Origin: Pedosphaera sp.
GTDB lineage: Bacteria; Verrucomicrobiota; Verrucomicrobiia; Limisphaerales; SIBH01
DNA length: 51,289 bases
Direction: 5' to 3'
Assembly: GCA_031414955.1 (NCBI GenBank)
Contig: JANOQV010000089.1
Span: 1-51,289 of the forward strand
The notes under the pieces are model-generated. The model did not search any database. It was not told the DNA's origin and worked only from the letters and a program-made list of their open reading frames with translations. Position 1 is the first letter of the stretch. Each line of letters opens with the position of its first letter. Below, piece after piece: positions 1 to 8,573 of this stretch. Both the position numbers and the translations under genes were made by a program.

Positions 1-558
1 GTGACTCGGTGTCACTCTATTGTACAAGTCTCAATAATTACAGCGACAGGGCCGATCATTGCGGCGATTCTCAACAGCAAAAGGGGCGGTCCGACACAGC
101 AAATGGATAACTCGCCGGGGGGTATGCAAATGCTCAACTCCCCCGGAGGGACTCAAATTGGAACCCAGAATAATTTCGGTGACATTCCTCGACGTCTGAC
201 CCGTGCACAGCAAAACAAGTTAAAGGAACTTCTAGCGGATGCCCCAAAGGCCGACTTTTTTGTGATCTTGGAAGCGACGTCAAACGATGCCGAAAGCTTT
301 GGCAACCAATTGGCCTTCGCCCTTACCAATGCTGGCTTCAATTTTGTAGGGGTAGATCAGCAAAGCTCAATGGGAGGGCCACCGCAGAAAGGAATTTCGG
401 TTCGAGCACAAGGTCAAGGCGGGACGGCCGCATTGGCCATTATTGATGCTTTGAATAAAATTGGGCTGGCCGCGAGTAATGGCATCCCTCGCCTTGGTGT
501 ATTTTTTAGTAGTGCAGCGCCACCTCCTGGAGCCGTCATTATCGACATTGGTCGGTAA
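1..558 (+). CDS. Hypothetical protein, probably 5'-truncated by the window edge; AT-richer than its surroundings
   Basis: Open frame from base 1 to TAA at 556-558. Short internal NSPGG duplication followed by PRRLT..Q...L motif. Visibly more A/T-ending codons than neighbouring genes. Confidence 0.6.
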   Translation: MTRCHSIVQVSIITATGPIIAAILNSKRGGPTQQMDNSPGGMQMLNSPGGTQIGTQNNFGDIPRRLTRAQQNKLKELLADAPKADFFVILEATSNDAESFGNQLAFALTNAGFNFVGVDQQSSMGGPPQKGISVRAQGQGGTAALAIIDALNKIGLAASNGIPRLGVFFSSAAPPPGAVIIDIGR

Positions 559-592
559 GTTTGCGGATATCGCACGGCACCCGTGCTCGGGA

Positions 593-624
593 AGCTCCAG
601 CGGGGCGGCCTGTGTGTGGTGGCG
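593..624 (+). repeat. 32-bp direct repeat copy 1 (AGCYCCAGCGGGGCGGCC REP-like hairpin family)
   Basis: agctccagcggggcggcctgtgtgtggtggcg matches 1640-1671 at 29/32 positions. Confidence 0.75.
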
Positions 625-634
625 TGCCTTCCCC

Positions 635-734
635 CAACACCAAAGGTGTTGAATCACATAGCCAAGCGGTTGCAAGGCACGAGCTACCCTGGGAAACCGC
701 GCCGCGTCCGTCGCAACTCTGAAGGAGTTGCATC
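635..734 (+). repeat. Composite REP unit copy 1 (hairpin - TAGCC...CTGGG hairpin - CAACTCTGAAGGAGTTG hairpin)
   Basis: caacaccaaaggtgttg-aatc ... atagcc...gctaccctggg ... caactctgaaggagttg-catc; inverted relative to 771-870. Confidence 0.8.
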
Positions 735-770
735 ACCGGGCCACGGCCCGCCACGAACCACGGGAACACC

Positions 771-870
771 GATACAACTCCTTCAGAGTTGGGGAACCCT
801 CCGCCTCCCGTTCCCAGCGTAGCTCCTGCGTCGCAACGCTGGGCTATGCGATGGAATCCCTTCAGGATTC
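771..870 (-). repeat. Composite REP unit copy 2
   Basis: gatacaactccttcagagttg ... cccagcgtagc...gcaacgctgggctatg ... gatggaatcccttcaggattc; collinear with 1445-1545. Confidence 0.85.
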
Positions 871-961
871 CCGGAACGCGTGTCCCTGCGACCGGGACGT
901 TGGGCGTGGCTCTCAAAATTTCCTTTGGGATTCTCTGGATGGGAACCGTTCCTCGGCACGT

Positions 962-1417
962 TCAATCCCACACGTACGCCTCGTTGAAGGTCACCTCGTA
1001 GCGTTGCAACAAGCGGCGGAATTCTTCCTGGAAGGTCGTGCGCGCGTGGTGCTCGGCCTGTCCGGCGATGTAGCGCCGCACATCTTCGAGTTGCGAGTAG
1101 CCGATGGAAAAGATGCCGTAGCCATGTTGCCACTCGAAGTCGGCCAGTTCCGGCGCGCGGGTCTTGATCCAGACCGATGAGCTTCGTTTGACTTCCTTGA
1201 CCATGTCGGCGGGCGCACAGGTGCGGGACAACAGGCAGAGCACATGCACATGGTCTTCCACGCCACCGACGATGACGGGCGAACATTCGAGTCCGTTCAG
1301 GATGCCGCCGATGTAGCGGTGCATCTCATCGCGCAGCGTGGTGTCGCGGAGGAACGGGCGGCGTTCCTTGGTCGAGAAGACGAGGTGGAGCAGAATCTTG
1401 GAGAGCGATTGAGGCAT
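962..1417 (-). CDS. tnpA: IS200-like Y1 HUH tyrosine transposase, REP-associated (RAYT/TnpA-REP-like); no tnpB
   Basis: 151 aa; N-terminal H(L)VFSTK, HUH motif DHVHVL, WQ.GY segment and catalytic Tyr helix VRRYIAGQ; REP units on both sides. Confidence 0.92.
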   Translation of the reverse strand: MPQSLSKILLHLVFSTKERRPFLRDTTLRDEMHRYIGGILNGLECSPVIVGGVEDHVHVLCLLSRTCAPADMVKEVKRSSSVWIKTRAPELADFEWQHGYGIFSIGYSQLEDVRRYIAGQAEHHARTTFQEEFRRLLQRYEVTFNEAYVWD

Positions 1418-1444
1418 GGCGGAGGTTGGCGGGGCGCGCAGGGT

Positions 1445-1545
1445 GATTCAACTCTTTCAGAGTTGAGCCTGCTCCGGCCGTATGACCCAGCGTAGCGGCG
1501 CGGCGGCGCAACGCTGGGCTATGTGATGGGGTCCCTTCAGGATTC
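1445..1545 (-). repeat. Composite REP unit copy 3 (upstream of transposase)
   Basis: gattcaactctttcagagttg ... cccagcgtagc...gcaacgctgggctatg ... gatggggtcccttcaggattc. Confidence 0.85.
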
Positions 1546-1639
1546 CATAAACCCTTCCGGGCCGGTGCTTCATGGACTGCACCCGGGAAGAGCCAGCGGA
1601 GCGGCATCTTGGTTGCACTTCACCCCGCAAAATGATTTC

Positions 1640-1671
1640 AGCCCCAGCGGGGCGGCCTGGGTGCGGTGGCG
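1640..1671 (+). repeat. 32-bp direct repeat copy 2
   Basis: agccccagcggggcggcctgggtgcggtggcg, 29/32 identical to 593-624. Confidence 0.75.
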
Positions 1672-1691
1672 CGGCGCTTCATCCAGCCCAA

Positions 1692-1793
1692 GGTAGGGCA
1701 GCGCTGTCCTCAGCGCGCCGGGGGGAGGTGTGCGCAAGTTCCAGCGTTCTTTCCGTTCGTGGCCCGGCGCGGTGAGGACACCGACGCCCTACC
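1692..1793. repeat. GTAG-type REP doublet (REPIN)
   Basis: ggtagggcagcgctgtcctcagcgcgccg (1692-1720) is inverted with cggcgcggtgaggacaccgacgccctacc (1765-1793); GTAG tetranucleotide 5' of an imperfect hairpin in each arm. Confidence 0.8.
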
Positions 1794-1834
1794 AGTCGTG
1801 GTGATGTTCCGGCGTTCTGTTTATGAACTGCGCC

Positions 1835-4000
1835 TCAATACGGCAGCGGGAACTTCGCGGTCAGTTCGCGCACGCGGCCGCGGACTTGGTGCGCCGCTTC
1901 CACGTTCTTCAGGTCCATCAACACCTCGCTGATCATGTCGGCGATGGCGGCCATCTCCGGCTCCATCATCCCGCGCGTGGTCACGGCGGGCGTGCCGAGG
2001 CGGATGCCGCTGGCCTGGAAGGGCGAGCGGGTCTCGAAGGGAATGGTGTTCTTGTTGGTGGTGATGCCGGCCTCGTCGAGCGCGATCTGGCACTCCTTGC
2101 CGGTCACCCCGCGCGCGCCGACATCAATGAGCATGAGGTGGTTGTCGGTGCCGCCGCTGATGATGCGGAAGTTATTGTTCATCATGCCGGCGCAAAGGGC
2201 CTTGGCATTCTTGACGATCTGCTTCTGGTATTCCTTGAAGGCAGGCTGGAGGGCTTCCTTGAGGCACACGGCCTTGGCGGAAATGACGTGCATGAGCGGG
2301 CCGCCCTGGATGCCGGGGAAGACCTGCGAGTCGATCTCCTTGGCATACTTCTCCCCGCACAGGATGAGTCCGCCGCGCGGGCCGCGCAGAGTCTTGTGCG
2401 TGGTGGTGGTGACGAAATCAGCCAGACCCACCGGACTGGGATGTTCGCCCGCCGCGACCAGACCGGCGATGTGGGCAATGTCGGCCAGCATGAGCGCGCC
2501 GACTTCCTTGGCGATCTCGCTCATGCGCTTGAAGTCGATGGTGCGCGAGTAGGCGCTGGCCCCGACGGTGATCATCTTGGGGCGATGTTCGCGGGCCATG
2601 ATGGCGAGTTGATCGTAGTCGATGCGCTCGTCGTCCTTGCGCACGCCGTAGTGGACGATCTCGAAGAACTTGCCGGAGAAGTTGGCCTTGTTGCCGTGGG
2701 TGAGATGGCCGCAGTGGCTGAGGTCCATGGTCAGCTTCTTGTCGCCGGGCTTCAGCATGGCGAAATAGACGGCCATGTTCGCGCCGCTGCCGGAGTGGGG
2801 CTGGACGTTGGCGTGTTCGGCCCCGAAGAGTTGCTTGGCGCGGTCGATGGCGAGTTGCTCGACCACATCGACGTTCTCACAACCGCCATACCAGCGCTTC
2901 TTGGGATAGCCCTCGGCGTATTTGTTGGTGAGCACGGAGCCTTGCGCCTCCATGACGGCGGGGCTGGTGAAGTTCTCGCTGGCGATCAGCTCGATGTTTT
3001 CCTGCTGGCGCTGCTTTTCGAGGAGGATGACGTCGGCGACTTCGGAATCGATGGCGCGCAGGCGGAGTTCGCGCGGGGCGGAAGTTTCCATCTTGTTGAC
3101 GCGGCGCTCATGGCGTCCGCCCTCGAACTTCGAGGTGAGGAAGGCATCGACCATCTTGCGCGCCTGGTCGGCGTCGGTGTGCTTGGCCCCGATGCAGAGG
3201 ACGTTGGCGTCGTTGTGCTGGCGGGCCAGGCCGGCCATTTCCTCGTCGAAGACGAGCGCGGCGCGCACGCCAGGAATCTTGTTCGCGGTGATGCTCATGC
3301 CCACGCCGCTGGTGCAGACGAGGATGCCGAACTCATTCTTGTTGTCCGCGACCGCGTAGCCGACAAGGTGCGCGAAGTCGGGATAGTCGGTGGATTCCTT
3401 GGAGGAGGTGCCGTAGTCCACGACGATCCAGCCTTTGGCCTGGAGGTGGGTCTTGACCACCTGCTTGAGTTCGAAGCCGCCGTGGTCGGCGCCGAGGGCG
3501 ACAGTCTGTTTGGTTGCGGTGCCGGTCGCGCCGGTGCCGCTGAGGGTCTGGTCAACGAAGTTCAACATAGAAGCAATGCCTTGTTCAATCTGGTCCCGAC
3601 AGTTGCGATACACCTCCAAGGAGCCGCCGATGGGATCGCTGATGTCGTTCTCGTAAGCGTCGAGCGTGTCATCAAATTCGCGCAACAAGAAAGTTTTTTC
3701 CGCGGCCTGCGGGTAGAGGAGCGTGATGGCATCCACATGGCTGTGGGTCATGCCGAAGATGTATTCCGCCTCGGCCACCATCTTCGCGGTCAGATGGCTG
3801 CTGCGGTGCTGGCTGATGTCGAGGCCGATCTCGCGCAGGGCGCGCACGGCGTGGTCGCTGGCCAGTTGGCCATCCACGGCTCCGACGCCGGCGGACATGA
3901 CCTTCACGTCTCCGCGCCCGCGCACCGCGTGCTTGAACAGCCCTTCAGCCATGGGGCTGCGGCAAACATTTCCCGTGCAGACGAACAATACTGTCTTCAT
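1835..4000 (-). CDS. glyA: Triple fusion: low-molecular-weight phosphatase (YwlE/ArsC/PTP fold) + ribose-5-phosphate isomerase B + serine hydroxymethyltransferase
   Basis: P-loop CTGNVCRS and DISDPIGG; RpiB motifs [42 protein letters not shown] motifs [39 protein letters not shown]. Start taken as ATG at 4000 (MKTVLFV). Confidence 0.95.
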   Translation of the reverse strand: MKTVLFVCTGNVCRSPMAEGLFKHAVRGRGDVKVMSAGVGAVDGQLASDHAVRALREIGLDISQHRSSHLTAKMVAEAEYIFGMTHSHVDAITLLYPQAAEKTFLLREFDDTLDAYENDISDPIGGSLEVYRNCRDQIEQGIASMLNFVDQTLSGTGATGTATKQTVALGADHGGFELKQVVKTHLQAKGWIVVDYGTSSKESTDYPDFAHLVGYAVADNKNEFGILVCTSGVGMSITANKIPGVRAALVFDEEMAGLARQHNDANVLCIGAKHTDADQARKMVDAFLTSKFEGGRHERRVNKMETSAPRELRLRAIDSEVADVILLEKQRQQENIELIASENFTSPAVMEAQGSVLTNKYAEGYPKKRWYGGCENVDVVEQLAIDRAKQLFGAEHANVQPHSGSGANMAVYFAMLKPGDKKLTMDLSHCGHLTHGNKANFSGKFFEIVHYGVRKDDERIDYDQLAIMAREHRPKMITVGASAYSRTIDFKRMSEIAKEVGALMLADIAHIAGLVAAGEHPSPVGLADFVTTTTHKTLRGPRGGLILCGEKYAKEIDSQVFPGIQGGPLMHVISAKAVCLKEALQPAFKEYQKQIVKNAKALCAGMMNNNFRIISGGTDNHLMLIDVGARGVTGKECQIALDEAGITTNKNTIPFETRSPFQASGIRLGTPAVTTRGMMEPEMAAIADMISEVLMDLKNVEAAHQVRGRVRELTAKFPLPY

Positions 4001-4190
4001 GCCAGCAATCAGCGGGAGAGTCTGGGATGAGTGATGAAAATTTGAAACTGAAATCAGAAGCGAACTGCCCTCAAATTTTTTTGACCCCGAGGCGCGGCCT
4101 GACTTGGTGCGGTCAGGGCCTGACGGGCGCGCTGCCGGATCAAGTTCAAATTCCGAAGTCAAACCTCAGCCTGGCCCGTGGCTTGGCCCC

Positions 4191-4295
4191 GGAGCGCGGG
4201 TTTTCAACCCACCGCGCGTGGCCGGGGCGGAAGTCGCAGGAACTATTTCGATCCTCGGCGGGAGCGACGTGCGGCGGGTTGAAAACCCGCGCGCC
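4191..4295. repeat. GGAG-type REP doublet (REPIN)
   Basis: ggagcgcgggttttcaacccaccgc (4191-4215) inverted with gcggcgggttgaaaacccgcgcgcc (4271-4295). Confidence 0.8.
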
Positions 4296-4351
4296 GATGA
4301 GGGGTGCGGCGTGCCTGCGGCCGGCCCGCCCTTCCCGCCTCGGAAGCACCT

Positions 4352-4804
4352 TCACCAACTCCTGAGCCGATAACAGCGAAAGTCAGGCTGCACCGTGACC
4401 GTGACCGTATGCTCGGCGGCGGTATCCACGACATCCCCGGACTCCGAAATCCAGATGCCCGAGGCTAGTTGCGTGGAGTATTCCAGTTTGAAGCCCTTCA
4501 CTCCCAAGGGCCAAGACAGCCGGATTTTCCCGCCGTTGTTAAGCGGCGTGACTTTCAGAACGGGTGAGACAGGCTGCGGATGGCCGGGAAACGCGGGCCA
4601 GAATCCGCCGGTGAGGGTGTAGTTGCCGCCGGTCGCAGGCGAGAGCGCGGGGGCGATGGGACCGATGGCGCCGCCGAGCGCGACCGCGCCGTGCTGGGCG
4701 ATGCCGCCTCCGCCGGTGAACGTCCACCAGGGAATCTCGGCGGCCTGGAGCGCGGTGGCGGGGAGCAGCAGGACTGGAAGGGCAATGAGTTTCAAAGTTT
4801 TCAT
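4352..4804 (-). CDS. Small secreted Gly-rich protein (WW.F.GGGG...GG.Y.L.GGFW) with C-terminal putative sorting domain
   Basis: Signal peptide MKTLKLIALPVLLLPATALQA; ends LSW...FKLEYSTQL...W...CYRLRSW. Confidence 0.8.
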   Translation of the reverse strand: MKTLKLIALPVLLLPATALQAAEIPWWTFTGGGGIAQHGAVALGGAIGPIAPALSPATGGNYTLTGGFWPAFPGHPQPVSPVLKVTPLNNGGKIRLSWPLGVKGFKLEYSTQLASGIWISESGDVVDTAAEHTVTVTVQPDFRCYRLRSW

Positions 4805-4854
4805 CTCGGAAGAATATGTTCGTTTCGGTTCAGGTGAAGCGACTCGGGCCGGGA

Positions 4855-6207
4855 TCACGGCGGCGAGTTACACGGACGGATCACGGCGCGCATGTAGGAT
4901 TCAGACGCGGCGCGAAATCCGGGGCGCAGGGTGATCTTGTCGCCGGCCATCAGGACGAGGCTGCCGTAGGTGTCCACGCGAATGCCGGCGTTATTTGAGT
5001 CAACCGTGTCGGCGGCGACATAGGCCTTGGTGTCGCGGATCGTGTCGGCGGTGAGCAGGATGTTGTCCGTGCAGCCGCCCCCCGTGCAGGGAGCGGCGAC
5101 GAAGACATCCCCGGCGAACCCGATGTTCCCCGGAACGTCGCAGAACAAAGGAATGCGGTTTGGTCCGTTCGTCAGGAAGCCGCCTGCGGGATCGATGTCG
5201 TTGAGCGTCTGCCTGGCAGGGGCGCCCACCTCGAAGTGCAGGTGCTGGCCGGCGGCCGCGCCGATGGCGCCCTCGTCCCCGAGGTAGGTGCCGGCGGCGA
5301 TGTTCTGGCCGACCACCAGCCCGGCGTTCCCGCGGACGGAGCCGGTACGGAAGTGGGTGTACTTGGTCCACTCGCCGTTGGGGTGAGCGATCCAGACGTA
5401 GTTATTGGAGGCCGAACAACCCGCGCCCGTGCAACTGATCGTGTTGGAATCCACGATCATCCTGATGGTCCCCGCCGCTGCGGCCACGATGGCGTAGAGG
5501 TTGTTGCCATTGCCCTGGCCGTTGAGGTCGAGCCGTGTCTTCGCTGGCGCATGCGTGAGGTGATCGCGGCCGAAGCTGATCGACGTGCCAGTGGTGTAGG
5601 GCAGGCGATAGACGCCGTAGGAGAACTCCTGGGCGAAACAAGATCGCGGGTCGTAGAAGCGCCCCGCCCGGAGCACGTTGTCGGTGATGTTGCAGATGGC
5701 GGGCACGAGGTTGGCACCCTTGAGCAGCCCGGTGGTGGTCACGATGGCGTCGTTCACGTTCGCGGGCACGCCAACCTCGAAGCGCAGCCGCGCGCCGCCC
5801 GGCGAGCCGGCGGTCCCCTCGATGCCGATGGTCTGGCCCGCCACGACATTGCTGCCGACGATCAGCCCGGCGGTCAGGGTGACGGAGTTCTGCTGGAGAT
5901 GGAAGTAGCCCGTCCACTCGCCGCTGCTGTGCTGAATCCAGACATAGTTGGTGCAGGCACCGCAGCCGCCCGGGCCGTTGTCGCGGATAAACCGCACCAC
6001 CCCGTCGTCGGCGGCCACAATGGTCGAGCCGGAGGCGCCACGGAGGTCCACGCGGTTCGACAGGGTGTGCGTGAGGTGGTCCACAAGCGTGGTCGCCATC
6101 TGGCCGCTCGCGTAGGGGATGCGGTAGTTTCCCGAGGAAATCTGCGCGTCGAGCCGCAGGGCCGCGAGCAGGAGCAGCGCGGGCAGGAAGAGGAGAAGTC
6201 GTTTCAT
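4855..6207 (-). CDS. Secreted tandem M23-family metallopeptidase with a C-terminal small beta (coathanger-like) domain
   Basis: Signal peptide; two repeats YR(I/L)PY..G...DHLTH...D...NYVWI.H..GEWT.Y.H; second repeat has HLHFEV, first has RLRFEV; ends LMAGDKITLRPGFRA. Confidence 0.85.
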   Translation of the reverse strand: MKRLLLFLPALLLLAALRLDAQISSGNYRIPYASGQMATTLVDHLTHTLSNRVDLRGASGSTIVAADDGVVRFIRDNGPGGCGACTNYVWIQHSSGEWTGYFHLQQNSVTLTAGLIVGSNVVAGQTIGIEGTAGSPGGARLRFEVGVPANVNDAIVTTTGLLKGANLVPAICNITDNVLRAGRFYDPRSCFAQEFSYGVYRLPYTTGTSISFGRDHLTHAPAKTRLDLNGQGNGNNLYAIVAAAAGTIRMIVDSNTISCTGAGCSASNNYVWIAHPNGEWTKYTHFRTGSVRGNAGLVVGQNIAAGTYLGDEGAIGAAAGQHLHFEVGAPARQTLNDIDPAGGFLTNGPNRIPLFCDVPGNIGFAGDVFVAAPCTGGGCTDNILLTADTIRDTKAYVAADTVDSNNAGIRVDTYGSLVLMAGDKITLRPGFRAASESYMRAVIRPCNSPP

Positions 6208-6233
6208 GGCGGTGAAGTCGTTTCGAGTTGGAG

Positions 6234-7988
6234 TTACTTCACCACGTCGAGACGGGAACGCAGTTGGCCCAGCTCGGCTTCCTGCGCCTGGAGGCGCTTG
6301 TTCTGCTGAATCAGGTGCAGGGTCAGTTCTTCAATCTTCTCCATCATCTGCTTCTGAATCTGTCCAAGCGGAATGCCTTCCTCGCCAATCTTCTTCGCGC
6401 TGGCGATGCCGGGCAGGTGTTTGTGCTTCTGGATGCTCGCTTCGACTTCCTCCAGCGGCATGAGGTCGTAATCATCGGCGAAGACATAGTCGGGCCAGTT
6501 GGCGGAATCCTGCACCACCAGTTCCTCGCAGATGACTTTGCCGTTGACGCTGAGAGCATAGCCCGCCGCCGGCGTGGCGGTGTTGATGGCCATGCGGGTC
6601 GTATGCACCACCCCGGTGTAGCCGTAGTTCAAGAAGAGCGGACTGGAGACGCCGTTCTTGCGGGCCATGATTTCGTTGTCGTCGATGCCGAGATTGGTGC
6701 TGTCGAATTCGCCGAGACGAATCAGGCCGCCGCCGCCGAGAGAGGCGTCGCCACCGCCTGGCAGGAGGACCATCGTGCTCGCGCCGCCGCCGGTGAAGAG
6801 TTCCAGGCGCGGGCCGCCCTGCGCGTCGTTCTCGGCATCAACGACCACGGTCGTGGTGCCGTTGGCGCGGCCCAGGCGCAACTCCGCACCGCTGCCGGCG
6901 ATCTCCGCCGCCAGGAGTTCGGCGGTGGTGATGCCGCCGCCCGTCGTGAGCGCCACGCGCGCGCCGCCGCTCGCCCCGTTCTCGGCATCGACGATCACGG
7001 AGGCGTGGCCCTCAGCCCGCCGCAAAGTCATGCGACCGCCCGTTGATGCCGTCGCTGCGCCGAGGATTTCCGCCGTGACGACGCCGTCCGGTTTTCGCGC
7101 CTGAATGCGGCCAGCGTCGTTAAAGTCTCCCGTGAGCAGCAACGAGAGATTCCCGGCACCGTTGCGCAGCGTGAGGTCGCCGCCGTTGACGCTGGACTTG
7201 AGGTTCAGTCCTTCAATTCCCACCGAGTTGCGGAGGGACAACAGGCCGGTGGATTTGGCACTGAGCACAGCCCCGGTGCTGCTGTCGGCGAAACGGAGCT
7301 GCAACTCCGACCCGCTGCCATCACCCGTTAGCAGACCACGCGATTCGTTGGCACCCACCGCCCATAGATTCAACGTGCCATTCCACAGCGGCCCGCCCAG
7401 GTCCAGGCGCTGCAGGGTCAACGTGTCCGCGATCTCGACCGAGGTGATCGCGTTCGCGCCAATCTTCGGGCCGAGCACGGCGCCGTCGGCAATCTTGTCC
7501 GAGGTGATGGCGCCATCAGACACCGTCGCCGCGATCGCCGCCTTCATGGCGAAGCCCACCGAGGTGATCTTCTGGTCGGGACTGAGCGCCGCGAACGCCC
7601 CCACGCCGTCGCTGAACCAGATGCGCAACTGAAGATTCTCGTATGAGAAGATGGAGGCCGGGATGGTCAGCATGTTCCCGAGCGAAATGTCGCCCAACCC
7701 CACGATGAACAACCCGTCCTGCACCGCCACGGGGGTGAACTTGGTCGGCTCGCTGCCGTGGACGCTGGTGCCATCATTGCTCCACAGCGAGTCACCCGTG
7801 GCCACGGGCTCGATGATGGCGAACTTGAACTGCCCCGTGCCGGTGAAGTTCGTGCCGTTCGAGGTGACGCGGCCCTGGTATTGGATGATGCCCGGCACCT
7901 GCGCGAAGGCGGTGGTCACGGTCACGGCGAAGGCCAGCGCGGCCAGCCAGAATGTCTTGCTCATGTTCATGGTCTTGATGGATTTCAT
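6234..7988 (-). CDS. Secreted tail-fibre-like protein with C-terminal intramolecular-chaperone-like (S74-like) domain
   Basis: Signal peptide ending AFA-Q; N-terminal VPGIIQYQGRV...GQFKFA; ITSDKIADGAV repeats; Gly-rich beta repeats; C-terminal WPDYVF...HLPGI.SA...EKIEELTLHLI followed by a coiled coil. Confidence 0.8.
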   Translation of the reverse strand: MKSIKTMNMSKTFWLAALAFAVTVTTAFAQVPGIIQYQGRVTSNGTNFTGTGQFKFAIIEPVATGDSLWSNDGTSVHGSEPTKFTPVAVQDGLFIVGLGDISLGNMLTIPASIFSYENLQLRIWFSDGVGAFAALSPDQKITSVGFAMKAAIAATVSDGAITSDKIADGAVLGPKIGANAITSVEIADTLTLQRLDLGGPLWNGTLNLWAVGANESRGLLTGDGSGSELQLRFADSSTGAVLSAKSTGLLSLRNSVGIEGLNLKSSVNGGDLTLRNGAGNLSLLLTGDFNDAGRIQARKPDGVVTAEILGAATASTGGRMTLRRAEGHASVIVDAENGASGGARVALTTGGGITTAELLAAEIAGSGAELRLGRANGTTTVVVDAENDAQGGPRLELFTGGGASTMVLLPGGGDASLGGGGLIRLGEFDSTNLGIDDNEIMARKNGVSSPLFLNYGYTGVVHTTRMAINTATPAAGYALSVNGKVICEELVVQDSANWPDYVFADDYDLMPLEEVEASIQKHKHLPGIASAKKIGEEGIPLGQIQKQMMEKIEELTLHLIQQNKRLQAQEAELGQLRSRLDVVK

Positions 7989-8089
7989 AATTCGTTCTCG
8001 CGGCTCATCAACGAGCCACCCACCTTACGAATAAGGATTCGCCAGGGCGGGTTACGAAACGGGTGAAAGATTTTTGGGAAGAAACTCTC

Positions 8090-8270
8090 GAGCGAAGCGA
8101 AGTCGGTCCCGCCGCAGTGTGAGGTGGAACTAGTCGCGCTGCGATCAGTAGCGCCGCGCATCAGCGGCGCAACGAACTCGCGGGAGACTCCGCCCACGCC
8201 GCCCCCGCATCTGGACCGCCCGCTACTTCGCGGGCGGAGCGGTCGCAGCGCGACAAACTCCGCCTCGCTC
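8090..8270. repeat. Nested inverted-repeat element upstream of the fibre operon
   Basis: Outer gagcgaagcg/cgcctcgctc arms; ggaactagtcgcgctgcgatc (8126-8146) pairs with ggtcgcagcgcgacaaactcc (8241-8261); inner hairpins at 8151-8170 and 8216-8237. Confidence 0.55.
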
Positions 8271-8332
8271 ACGGCCTCGCGGCTGGCTGGAAATTCGCTG
8301 GCGGGGTGCGCCGACCTCGGGCGCGCACCGGG

Positions 8333-8514
8333 GCTGACGCCATCGTCTGGTGGATTTTCACTGCCGCCACGTTGTCGCTGCCGCGCCGGAGCGAGGCGTT
8401 GGCCGACCCACTGAAGAAACTTACCTCGTCCGCCGCGTTCAGGAGGTCGGTGAACAGCACTGGGCCGCCGGGTCAGTTGGTCATGTTGCGGCGGAAGATT
8501 TCCACCCCGTTCAC
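8333..8514 (-). pseudogene. Remnant of a jelly-roll/galactose-binding-like domain gene
   Basis: Translates VNGVEIFRRNMTN*PGGPVLFTDLLNAADEVSFF...LRRGSDNVAAVKIHQ with an in-frame TGA at 8473-8475; resembles INGSNVLNQN...LQAGTNVIAIQAHN in the CotH protein. Confidence 0.6.
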
Positions 8515-8573
8515 GTCTCTGTTTTGAAAGGATTATTCGCCAGTCCATGCGCCTTGGCGCTGCCACTCACCGC

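Noticed and set aside
635..1793. Repeat cluster as a CRISPR array
   Set aside because: Units are inverted, irregularly spaced and lack unique equal-length spacers; no cas genes.
4001..4190. Glycine/ZTP/THF riboswitch upstream of the glyA fusion
   Set aside because: No recognisable consensus; only weak TGAAA/TCAAA repeats and a REP doublet. An Rfam scan would settle it.
6234..7988. Prophage inferred from the tail-fibre-like gene
   Set aside because: It has a signal peptide and no capsid, terminase, integrase or other tail genes are nearby.
8473..8475. In-frame TGA as selenocysteine or recoding
   Set aside because: The fragment lacks a start and the rest of the gene; other genes use TGA as stop; decay is simpler.
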